64,000 nt of DNA, taken from assembly GCA_024256285.1 (NCBI GenBank), contig JACGUG010000004.1:2359-66358 (forward strand), given 5' to 3'. Source of the DNA: an archaeon (GTDB lineage Archaea > Thermoproteota > Nitrososphaeria > Nitrososphaerales > JACAEJ01). Positions 30,177-37,848 of the stretch are shown here, one piece after another. The notes under the pieces were generated by a model, which did not search any database, was not told where the DNA came from, and worked only from the letters and a program-made list of their open reading frames with translations. The stretch's first letter is position 1. Every line of letters starts with the position of its first letter. A program made the position numbers and the translations under genes.

Positions 30177-30446
30177 GTAATGGGCTAGGGTGATAGTTCA
30201 CCTTGCATATTTGGCGATAGCACTACCACTATTTTAGTTTTGGTTTACAGAAAAGAGGTCTAGAGGACCATAACTTGCTATGTGGTCCATGAAAAATAAT
30301 CACGTCTCAGCGAGGATTTCTTGGCTGTTGAGCGAAGAATTCCTTGGATATCTATACAGCTAACAAATGGGGCTCATAATGTTACACCCGTACTCTTCGT
30401 CTACGATGGTCTGAGTATTTTTTCATGACCTACATTCAGCAAACTC

Positions 30447-31334
30447 TCACATTCGCCCTATTTCTAGTATGCGTTCTTGATGTGTCAACACGTTCATTCT
30501 TCTTCCTCTAACAAAGCTGATTATAGTTGTTCCAGTCAGTCGGGCAACTTCGATACCAGAGTAGATGGCCGCAGAGATGGAGGCGACTATCGGGATCTTC
30601 ATACGTGCTGCTTTTAAGACTATGTCTCCTGTGAGTCGTCCGCTTGAAGCCAGAAAACATTCATCGAAGCCAATCTTTTTAAGGGCTACTGCACCTATTA
30701 CTTTGTCTACCGCGTTATGGCGCCCCACATCCTCTGCCCAGACCAAAAGATCGCCTCTATGGGAGTAGATGGCTGCTATGTGGACTCCTCCTGTTTTACG
30801 GTATACTCCATCGAGGGTATTGAGGCGTTTGACCGACTCCGCTATGATTTTTGCTTCGACCTTAGATCTGGATGCAGATCGGGGGAGGCTTAGTCTATCC
30901 ATAAGTTTAGAGAGAGGCCAGTAGTCGGCGGAGCCACATGCAGACACGATCAATCGGGCGAAGGGTTGTGAGACAGCAATCCGTTTTTCGGCATCGACAC
31001 TCGGTGTTAGCCTGACTTGACAATTTCCATCTTTATCTATTTGTATTCTTCGAATCTCCTCTAAAGATTTCAGTACCCCTTCTGAGAGGAGGTGGCCGAC
31101 AGCCAACTCTTTTAACTGGCCTGGAGAGCAAAGAATCGAGACATAGCGGGTTTTGTTCAGAAATATGTGTAGGGGCGTCTCCTCTGCCACAAAATCAATT
31201 TTTGTCTCTATTTTTTTAGACGAAAGATTTATCTGTGTAACTTGAACCTTCTTCAAATCGATCCTCCTCAGTTGGAGATAAGTTAAGAGTTCTCCCTCGG
31301 AAAGGTCTCCTATATCTGCTTGTGAACATGTCAA
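30447..31334 (-). CDS. fdhD: FdhD-family sulfurtransferase (formate dehydrogenase / Mo-bisPGD sulfuration accessory protein)
   Basis: GGVHIAAIY…EDVGRHNAVDKVIGA…SGRLTGDIVLKAARMKIPIVASISA is typical of FdhD. The start codon is TTG. Confidence 0.8.
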   Translation of the reverse strand: MTCSQADIGDLSEGELLTYLQLRRIDLKKVQVTQINLSSKKIETKIDFVAEETPLHIFLNKTRYVSILCSPGQLKELAVGHLLSEGVLKSLEEIRRIQIDKDGNCQVRLTPSVDAEKRIAVSQPFARLIVSACGSADYWPLSKLMDRLSLPRSASRSKVEAKIIAESVKRLNTLDGVYRKTGGVHIAAIYSHRGDLLVWAEDVGRHNAVDKVIGAVALKKIGFDECFLASSGRLTGDIVLKAARMKIPIVASISAAIYSGIEVARLTGTTIISFVRGRRMNVLTHQERILEIGRM

Positions 31335-31347
31335 CCTATCACAGTTT

Positions 31348-31362
31348 CATAACATTATTATA
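31348..31362. promoter_or_regulatory. Degenerate palindrome cATAAC-ATT-aTTATA (10/12), 14 nt upstream of the fdhD start
   Basis: It has the same 6+3+6 geometry as the perfect copies, with one mismatch per half-site. Confidence 0.3.
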
Positions 31363-31465
31363 GTTTAATCCCATTGTGTGATTAGTCTTCTAAGATTTCT
31401 TTCGCTTTCTTTCATATATAATCATGATACATTCTATCTTTCCCTCCCATTTATCTACACTTTTC

Positions 31466-32674
31466 TCATTTAATCGACCTTGAAATCTCCTCAACCGAAG
31501 AAACCAGCTTCTCGATCTCCTCTTGGGTGTTATAGAGATATGTGGAGGCTCGGACGGATCCCCTATGTCGCTTTAGCAAGATTTTCATCAAGGGAAGAGC
31601 GCAATGGGCCCCTGATCTGACCATGATGTTGGCAGAGATATCCAAAGCTAAGGCCACGTTGTGAGGGTTCAGGTCTTTGATGTTGAAGGAAACTATGCTG
31701 ATTCTTTTTTCCAAGTTTTCAGGACCGTAAACTTCGACTTGGGGGATATCTTTTAATCTATAGTGCATCTCCTTAGTTAGTTCCCTTTCATGTGTTTCTA
31801 TGTTCTTCATCCCGATCTTCCTCAGATAATCAGTTGCTGCACCTAATCCGATGACTTCAGCAATCGCAGGAGTTCCAGCTTCAAACCTTTTAGGAATTTC
31901 ATTCATTTTGTAGTAGTCTAAGCCGACATCCTCGATCGTTCCTCCACCGATAGCCATGGGTTCGATCTTTTCCAGCAGATCTTCATGGGAGTAAAGTATG
32001 CCGACTCCAGTTGGACCGAGCATCTTGTGACCTGAAAAGGCCAGGTAGTCACATCCGATTTTTTGAACATCTACTTTCAAATGGGGAACTGATTGGGCTG
32101 CGTCGATAAGCAACTGAGCGCCATGTTCATGGGCAATCTGGGCAACTTCTCTAACTGGCGTTATCACGCCTAAAACGTTTGAAACATGGGTCATTGCCAC
32201 CAAATCTGTTTTATCATCTATCGCTTTTTTGAAATCAGAAATATCGAAAAGCCCCTCCTTGTTCGGTCTAACGATCTCCACATCTACCCCATATCTTCGC
32301 TTCAGACGTAACCAGACTATGAAGTTAGAGTGGTGCTCGATAAGTGTAGTGACTATTTTTCGTCCCTTCTTCCAGTTTAGCCCGTTTGCGACAAGATTTA
32401 TGCCTTCGGTGGTGTTCTTGGTCGTTATTATTTCGGATTCAGACCTAGCATTAATAAATTCAGCAACCTTAGAGCGAGCCTCTTCGTACTCCTCGCTAGC
32501 TCTCTGAGAGAGTCTGTGGATGCCACGTTCAACATTAGCACGGTACTCATGGTAAAACTCCAACATCTTTTGGAGAACAGGCTCTGGGGTTAGGCTGGTT
32601 GCGGCATTGTCTAAGTAAATGATCCCAGAATTTAGCAAAGGGAAATCTTGCCTAATCCTCTGCACATCTAGCAA
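31466..32674 (-). CDS. Class II (SufS/CsdA-type) cysteine desulfurase
   Basis: The PLP lysine context is SGHKMLGPTGVGILY, and the catalytic Cys loop is RSGAHCA. Length is 402 aa, with a TTG start. Confidence 0.88.
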   Translation of the reverse strand: MLDVQRIRQDFPLLNSGIIYLDNAATSLTPEPVLQKMLEFYHEYRANVERGIHRLSQRASEEYEEARSKVAEFINARSESEIITTKNTTEGINLVANGLNWKKGRKIVTTLIEHHSNFIVWLRLKRRYGVDVEIVRPNKEGLFDISDFKKAIDDKTDLVAMTHVSNVLGVITPVREVAQIAHEHGAQLLIDAAQSVPHLKVDVQKIGCDYLAFSGHKMLGPTGVGILYSHEDLLEKIEPMAIGGGTIEDVGLDYYKMNEIPKRFEAGTPAIAEVIGLGAATDYLRKIGMKNIETHERELTKEMHYRLKDIPQVEVYGPENLEKRISIVSFNIKDLNPHNVALALDISANIMVRSGAHCALPLMKILLKRHRGSVRASTYLYNTQEEIEKLVSSVEEISRSIK

Positions 32675-32699
32675 TTTGTATGCCTCCGTTGTATTCTTT

Positions 32700-32714
32700 T
32701 ATAACGCTGTTATT
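32700..32714. promoter_or_regulatory. TATAAC-GCT-GTTATt palindrome (11/12) between a TATA-like box and the cysteine desulfurase start
   Basis: The minus strand reads TTTATATAATAACAGCGTTATA, followed about 25 nt later by the TTG start with GGAGG in between. Confidence 0.5.
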
Positions 32715-32724
32715 ATATAAATAT

Positions 32725-33195
32725 CTACCAACACAATAACTCACTTCCTTTTGAATGAATCGCCCATATCAGGAGAAACGATACGATTCTTGCGACACTT
32801 GCTAATGGATGACCCTTAGCCTTGAGTTCAAGTGTGCAGAACCAACCGAAGGGAGTTCTGACAACCTTAAAGCCTTTTTCAATCAATCCTTTTTTCGTTA
32901 GCTCTAGTATCTCTACTGCGACCTCCGGTTTGCTCAGTTCTCCAAATAGATGAGTGAAGGGATGAAGAACCATAGTGCCTATCTTTAGTTGTTTGGCCAG
33001 CTTGGATATCTGTTCGGTGGCTTTCCTTGAGACCGATTCAGGATCGCGTTCATCTTGTTTCTCAACACTTGATAAAATGATCAATGCTTCCTTTACTTCC
33101 ATGGTCTTGGATTCGGGCTCTTCAACAATCCTAGACCTGCCCTTCTTGCTGATTGTAGAACGGAAATAGTCCACGTGAAGCATAAGCATCCTCAT
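32725..33195 (-). CDS. Free-standing archaeal ThrRS-editing-domain-like protein (tRNA-Thr_ED / DTD-like fold), paralog 1
   Basis: MRMLMLHVDYF…EALIILSSVEKQDERDPE…VLHPFTHLFGELSKPEVAVEIL…PFGWFCTLELKAKGHPLASVARIV resembles the N-terminal editing domain of archaeal ThrRS, as I recall it from Pyrococcus. No synthetase or anticodon-binding domain is attached. Confidence 0.7.
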   Translation of the reverse strand: MRMLMLHVDYFRSTISKKGRSRIVEEPESKTMEVKEALIILSSVEKQDERDPESVSRKATEQISKLAKQLKIGTMVLHPFTHLFGELSKPEVAVEILELTKKGLIEKGFKVVRTPFGWFCTLELKAKGHPLASVARIVSFLLIWAIHSKGSELLCW

Positions 33196-33234
33196 CTTCG
33201 CCCAACCCCATGTCTCCTCAAGGATAGGACTAGA

Positions 33235-33699
33235 TCAATGTTTCAAGTATTCTGCTCTGACTTTTCTCTGACTCCTCCTTAGAATTTCTAACAGCGTTGA
33301 TGAAGATATATTCAGGCTTTTGGCTAGTTCTGCAAGAGTTTTCCTCTTTGGGTAGTCGAAATAGCCTGCTTCAAAAGCCGCCTGAATTATCTGCTCCTGT
33401 CTATGTGTCAATACTTCTTTGACCTTCGCTCTAGTGACCTTGTTTATTTCAACCTCCAATCCCCTGTCAGCAAACTTTTTCAATAGACGCTTGAACTGAT
33501 CGAGCCCTCCCAGGGTGAGAGTATATTCTACATAACCGTTCTTCTTGGTTCTAGCAGAGGCGAGAAAGCATTTTGACTCTGTGAATATTCTACAAGCGAG
33601 ACACTTTGAAGTCTTTATCCAGCCAAAAGCCCTGTCTCTTCCAACTCTGATGATATCGAATTCACAGATAAGCTTGTTTTGATTCATACTTTCTATCAC
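33235..33699 (-). CDS. HTH_10 (Bat/COG3413-like) DNA-binding protein
   Basis: The C-terminus reads LTHRQEQIIQAAFEAGYFDYPKRKTLAELAKSLNISSSTLLEILRRSQRKV. The N-terminal domain may be shortened, because the upstream 200 bp has only broken frames. Confidence 0.65.
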   Translation of the reverse strand: MIESMNQNKLICEFDIIRVGRDRAFGWIKTSKCLACRIFTESKCFLASARTKKNGYVEYTLTLGGLDQFKRLLKKFADRGLEVEINKVTRAKVKEVLTHRQEQIIQAAFEAGYFDYPKRKTLAELAKSLNISSSTLLEILRRSQRKVRAEYLKH

Positions 33700-33902
33700 G
33701 TCATCAAGGATTTCATCTGACCCAGATATCTCTACAATTCTTCTGTATCACATTCGCCATCTCCCGGTTTGCAACTCTTAATCTTGACAATCACGATACT
33801 TTTTAGTGATCTCTTCTATCCACGTATGAACAGTCTTAAGAGACAGGACAACCTCGATCAAGGCTTACACCAAAGATGCTTTCCATTTCAGCCTGACTAG
33901 TG

Positions 33903-34982
33903 TTAGACCATGGGAAGACCTAACCTTTCAGCGATTTTCCTGTATGTCTTCAATGCAGACTCTTCATCGTAAATCCCTGAACCAGGGGCTACCTGTAATA
34001 TAGATACTCCTCCCTTCAGCACGCTCACCCCCACTTCTTTACTATAATCAAAGGTCAGACCCATTGTGCCCTCTGCCTTTAAGGGGATTCCTTCAGCCCA
34101 AAGCTTGTTTCTTATACCTTCTATATCAAGGGCTTTTACTCTCGTGTCAACGATGAAGACGCCCCTTCCATCCCTCCCGCAGACCCCACTCACAGCCTTT
34201 TCGAGCACTTGAGAAGTCTCGATTCTAGCTTCCCCACATGTAGGGCAATTGACATTCCTTGATAACTCTACCACATCGAAGCAGAAGTTCTCAAGGTCCA
34301 CGAACATGAGGCGGTTTTTGAGGTAGGGTTCTCTGTTCAGCAGGATTCTAACTGCCTCGGAGACTTCGATGCTGGAAACTACATCGAGAAGAGGTGTAAA
34401 GACTCCCACGATTGCGCATCTTTCCATATCTTCATCTTTTAGACCTGAGTAAAAGCACTCAAGGCAAGCAGTTTCCCCTGGGATGAAGGTTGATACGTTT
34501 CCAAAGGTCTGGATAGCAGCCCCAAAGATGTAAGGTATCTTCAGCTTTACGGCTGCCCTATTCAAGATGTACCTGGCTCCTATAGTATCCAATCCATCGA
34601 TAACCAGATCTACTCCCTCTATCAGCTCTTCAACGTTGTGAGAGGTGATGGATGTTGCTATGGGGTCTACCTCTACACTGGAATTCAATATACTCAGCCT
34701 CTTTACAGCAGCTTCAACTTTTGGCATACCTATACAGGATTCGTCATAGAGATACTGCCTGTGGAGGTCTGACTTCGATACAACGTCTCTATCGATAACA
34801 CGAAGGTAACCTATGCCCATGGCTACCATCTTCAAGGCTATGGGAGAGCCAAGCCCCCCCGCTCCCACGAGGCATACCCTCCCTGCTCTGAGAAGTGACT
34901 GCCCTTCATACCCTATGTAATTCAGAGCGATCTGCCTTGAATACCTCTCCAACTCTTCATCTGTAAGCTCAGTTCTTCCCAT
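33903..34982 (-). CDS. ThiF/MoeB/UbaA-type E1-like adenylyltransferase with a C-terminal extension of about 100 aa
   Basis: RYSRQI and GAGGLGS form the nucleotide-binding motif. There are two CxxC pairs (CLEC, CPTC). The C-terminal extension has no rhodanese signature that I can see. Confidence 0.85.
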   Translation of the reverse strand: MGRTELTDEELERYSRQIALNYIGYEGQSLLRAGRVCLVGAGGLGSPIALKMVAMGIGYLRVIDRDVVSKSDLHRQYLYDESCIGMPKVEAAVKRLSILNSSVEVDPIATSITSHNVEELIEGVDLVIDGLDTIGARYILNRAAVKLKIPYIFGAAIQTFGNVSTFIPGETACLECFYSGLKDEDMERCAIVGVFTPLLDVVSSIEVSEAVRILLNREPYLKNRLMFVDLENFCFDVVELSRNVNCPTCGEARIETSQVLEKAVSGVCGRDGRGVFIVDTRVKALDIEGIRNKLWAEGIPLKAEGTMGLTFDYSKEVGVSVLKGGVSILQVAPGSGIYDEESALKTYRKIAERLGLPMV

Positions 34983-35141
34983 TCAACTCACCCCAAGAGA
35001 ATATCAGATTGTCAAAACTCCTTTTATAAATGGATGAAACCTTAACCCATATCTACAGGTTAAAATTTTCACTAATGCTTCACATCCTTACATATATCTC
35101 ACCTAGTTAATATATTAATTTATTTTTGACAAAAAATTCCT

Positions 35142-35474
35142 TTATGAATAATCTACTTCCAGTATTCTTTGAGCCTCTACATCATCTTCAAATAAGTATC
35201 TTGAGGGCATTACATCGACCCTTATGCCAAGATTTTCTAAGGTATCTCTTGTTGGTTGTCCGGTGGCGACTATTATCGCACTTTCTTTGAAAAGTTTTGC
35301 TACTTTATTTTTCTTTATACATCTTTGCAATAATCTGAACATGTTCAGATGATTGCGGCAGTAGAACTGGTGAATATCATGGCATCTACCTATAGTTCGA
35401 CAAATCATCGACGAATTCTTCGATAGGAACTTCGAAGGGGTTATGGGCTCATACATTAGAATACATGTCTCCAT
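35142..35474 (-). CDS. Hypothetical protein (111 aa from the ATG at 35474); the C-terminus is faintly HemD-like
   Basis: The tracked 181-aa ORF overlaps the better-supported plus-strand gene at 35529, so I prefer the internal ATG. …IVATGQPTRDTLENLGIRVDVMPSRY resembles a uroporphyrinogen-III synthase half-domain. The region is AT-rich. Confidence 0.3.
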   Translation of the reverse strand: METCILMYEPITPSKFLSKNSSMICRTIGRCHDIHQFYCRNHLNMFRLLQRCIKKNKVAKLFKESAIIVATGQPTRDTLENLGIRVDVMPSRYLFEDDVEAQRILEVDYS

Positions 35475-35492
35475 ATCCTTACATAAAACATA

Positions 35493-35507
35493 TATAACAA
35501 TGTTATA
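35493..35507. promoter_or_regulatory. TATAAC-AAT-GTTATA palindrome (perfect) centred in a 54-nt divergent intergenic region
   Basis: It lies 18 nt from the ATG at 35474 (minus strand) and 21 nt from the ATG at 35529 (plus strand). Confidence 0.5.
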
Positions 35508-35528
35508 ATTAAAATCTGGGGGATTACT

Positions 35529-35951
35529 ATGAAGATGTTGTTCATCCATTGTAATTACTTCTCCTACCTTACAACCCAAAAAACGAAAGTGGCTGAGGAC
35601 CTCCCAAATGGATGTAAAAGTTGCGCTTTTAAGGACGCATTGGTCGTTTTCGTAACCGCAGAGAAAGTCGACGAGAAAAATCCGCAAAAAGTAGTGGGTA
35701 TGGGGATTAAGGCGATCGTAGACGTTTCAAACAAGGTGGGCGCAAAGAACATCGTCCTCTTCCCCTTTGTGCACCTTTCAGACGAAATCAGTAGTGCAGA
35801 GACGGGGTCAGAAATCATTAGAAACATCTATGAAAACCTCAGTTCTCTTAACTATACAGTTGACAAAGCCCCCTTTGGATGGGAGAAGGTGTTCTCCATG
35901 ACCTCAAAGGGCCATCCGTTGGCAGAGCTTTCTAGGACGATTCGGCCATAG
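35529..35951 (+). CDS. Free-standing archaeal ThrRS-editing-domain-like protein, paralog 2
   Basis: MKMLFIHCNYF…ALVVFVTAEKVDEKNPQKV…VLFPFVHLSDEISSAETGSEII…APFGWEKVFSMTSKGHPLAELSRTIRP is closer to the canonical editing domain than paralog 1. Length is 140 aa, single domain. Confidence 0.75.
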   Translation: MKMLFIHCNYFSYLTTQKTKVAEDLPNGCKSCAFKDALVVFVTAEKVDEKNPQKVVGMGIKAIVDVSNKVGAKNIVLFPFVHLSDEISSAETGSEIIRNIYENLSSLNYTVDKAPFGWEKVFSMTSKGHPLAELSRTIRP

Positions 35952-36001
35952 TCCTAAATCCTTAATTTTGAAAATTCATTGAAAGATAAGCTTATAGGAG
36001 T

Positions 36002-36280
36002 TCATCCTCCGCTAACAGCTGGAATGATCGAAACCTCATCTTCATCTTTTAATACTGTATCAAAATAGTTGAGGAAGCGTACATCTTTACCATCTACGTA
36101 GATGTTGATGAACCTTCTTATATTTCCCGTTGCGTCTAAGAGTTTCGCCTTAAACCTGTCTCCCCATCTTGCAGTCAGCCCATCGATTACCTCCCTTAGC
36201 GTCGACGCCTCCACTTCCACCTCTTTTTCTCCAGTCAAGTTCACTAAAGCTCCATAAAGAACGGTTTTTACTTTGCTCAT
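36002..36280 (-). CDS. MoaD/ThiS-family ubiquitin-like sulfur carrier ending in Gly-Gly
   Basis: …INIYVDGKDVRFL…LKDEDEVSIIPAVSGG is followed directly by the stop. GAGGTG lies upstream of the ATG at 36280. An alternative GTG at 36295 would overlap the ThrC-like stop (GTGA). Confidence 0.75.
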   Translation of the reverse strand: MSKVKTVLYGALVNLTGEKEVEVEASTLREVIDGLTARWGDRFKAKLLDATGNIRRFINIYVDGKDVRFLNYFDTVLKDEDEVSIIPAVSGG

Positions 36281-36291
36281 TTTCACACCTC

Positions 36292-37536
36292 TCACTTTAC
36301 GATCTCTGCAAGTGACTCTAAAGTAGGCTCGATCTCAAAGGGTTTAGCTATACTGTTTAAAAGAGTCTCGGCTGCCTTGAACCCGTTACCAGTGACACAA
36401 CAGACAATCTCCTCATCTGGCGATATCTCTCCAAGCTTGACAAGTTTCTTTAAGACCGCTACTGTCACACCACCGGCAGGCTCGGCGAAGATCCCCTCTG
36501 TTTTCGCTAAAAGTTGGATTGCATCTAATATCTCAAAGTCCGTAACTGATTCGGCCACGCCGCCAGATTCACGTATAGCCTTTATGGCATAAAAACCGTC
36601 TCCCGGGTCTCCTATGGCCAAGCTCTTTGCTACAGTAGAGGGATGCTCGATGGGCTTCACGTCAAGGGCGTTGGCTTTAAAGGCCTTTACTATCGGAGCA
36701 CAACCGGAAGGCTGGGCACCCGTGATTCTAGTCTTTAAATCATCGACTAAATCGAGTCTTTGGAACTCTTTGAGGCCCCTCCAAATGGCACAGAGCAAGG
36801 CTCCACTGGCCATCGGCACTATCACACGGTCTGGAGCTTTCCATCCAAGTTGCTCACATATCTCAAAGGCCAAAGTTTTTGAACCCTCCACATAGTACGG
36901 CCGAATGTTTATGTTCGCAAAGGCCCAGTCGTATACCTCTGAAGCCTGAGCTGCGAGCCGGTTGGCATCATCGTAGGTTCCTTTAACGGCCACTATTCTA
37001 GCTCCATAGATCGTTGCCTGTAGGATTTTGTTGAGTTCGATGTCTGATGGAATGAAAACGTAGCAAGGCAATCCGGCTTTGGCTGCATGAGCCGCTGTAG
37101 CGGCAGCTAGATTGCCTGTTGAAGCACACCCGACAGCCTTGGCGCCAAATTCTAGAGCCTTAGATACGGCAACAGTAGCCGGTCTGTCTTTAAATGAGTA
37201 GGTTGGATTGACCGTATCGTCCTTGATATACAGTTTTCTTAATCCAAATATCTCCGCTAGCCTGTCACATCTGTGTAAAATTGTGTAGCCAGCACCTAGA
37301 TCCACGATTTTTGTTCTATTATTGACGGGTAGGAGTTCGAAGTATCGCCAGACCGTTTTAGGTCTATCTTGAAACGATTTCCTGTCAAGCTCTATGAGGT
37401 CATAGTTGTAGGTTACCTCAAGAGGCCCAAAACAGTCCTCACAAGTGTAAATCTTGGTTGGGAGGTGCTCTCTTCCACACTCTCTACACTTGAGCGATCT
37501 GATATATTCCAGTCTCTCGATACTTTCTATAACCAT
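36292..37536 (-). CDS. Threonine synthase-like PLP enzyme with an N-terminal Zn-ribbon
   Basis: CRECG…CEDCFGPLEVTY is followed by the PLP-lysine region PTYSFKDRPA and a TrpB-like fold II pattern. I prefer the ATG at 37536 over 37554. Confidence 0.8.
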   Translation of the reverse strand: MVIESIERLEYIRSLKCRECGREHLPTKIYTCEDCFGPLEVTYNYDLIELDRKSFQDRPKTVWRYFELLPVNNRTKIVDLGAGYTILHRCDRLAEIFGLRKLYIKDDTVNPTYSFKDRPATVAVSKALEFGAKAVGCASTGNLAAATAAHAAKAGLPCYVFIPSDIELNKILQATIYGARIVAVKGTYDDANRLAAQASEVYDWAFANINIRPYYVEGSKTLAFEICEQLGWKAPDRVIVPMASGALLCAIWRGLKEFQRLDLVDDLKTRITGAQPSGCAPIVKAFKANALDVKPIEHPSTVAKSLAIGDPGDGFYAIKAIRESGGVAESVTDFEILDAIQLLAKTEGIFAEPAGGVTVAVLKKLVKLGEISPDEEIVCCVTGNGFKAAETLLNSIAKPFEIEPTLESLAEIVK

Positions 37537-37542
37537 GTTATA
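37528..37542. promoter_or_regulatory. TATAAC-CAT-GTTATA palindrome (perfect) centred on the likely ThrC-like start codon
   Basis: The CAT spacer is the reverse complement of the ATG at 37534-37536. Confidence 0.45.
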
Positions 37543-37636
37543 ACTGATAATCACCTAATACATTAATATTTTTTTGATAATTCTATTCCAATTAGAATAA
37601 AATTGGGGGGACCCTTGCATCGTTAAATATATAAAC

Positions 37637-37651
37637 TATAACGGTGTTATA
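37637..37651. promoter_or_regulatory. TATAAC-GGT-GTTATA palindrome (perfect) just downstream of a TATA-like box and 39 nt upstream of tRNA-Cys
   Basis: AAATATATAAAC is followed by the palindrome, and the tRNA 5' end is at 37690. Confidence 0.5.
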
Positions 37652-37689
37652 GAATGGAGTGGAGACATTGAAGAGGCTTAACCAAACTT

Positions 37690-37782
37690 GCCGGGGTGGC
37701 CGAGCGGTTAGGCGGCAGGCTGCAGACGGTTCTATGTGTAGAGACCTGCTCTACGCAGGTTCGAATCCTGCCCCCGGCTCCA
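37690..37782 (+). tRNA. tRNA-Cys (GCA) with an 18-nt intron at the canonical 37/38 position and an encoded CCA
   Basis: Manual fold gives: acceptor GCCGGGG/CCCCGGC; D arm GCC…GGC; anticodon stem GCAGG/CCTGC enclosing CTGCAG + 18-nt intron + A; 5-nt variable loop; T arm GCAGG-TTCGAAT-CCTGC; discriminator U followed by CCA. Confidence 0.85.
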
Positions 37783-37848
37783 AGATATTAAAAGACACTC
37801 GAATTGAGGCATCGAAAGTATAAAAAGTTCTATTAAATTGGTGATTTT

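Noticed and set aside
35475-35687. The first 71 residues of the tracked 181-aa minus-strand ORF, which overlap the 5' end of the plus-strand ED-like gene.
   Set aside because: The plus-strand gene has strong family similarity from its first codon. The minus-strand overlap region has no recognisable features, and an internal ATG at 35474 gives a non-overlapping divergent arrangement.
37555-37636. An imperfect inverted repeat TTCTATTCC/AATTAGAA (about 37581-37597) and a G6 run (37605-37610) upstream of the ThrC-like gene, considered as a possible additional operator.
   Set aside because: The pairing is imperfect, it occurs once only, and the region is AT-rich low-complexity sequence. That is not enough to distinguish it from chance.
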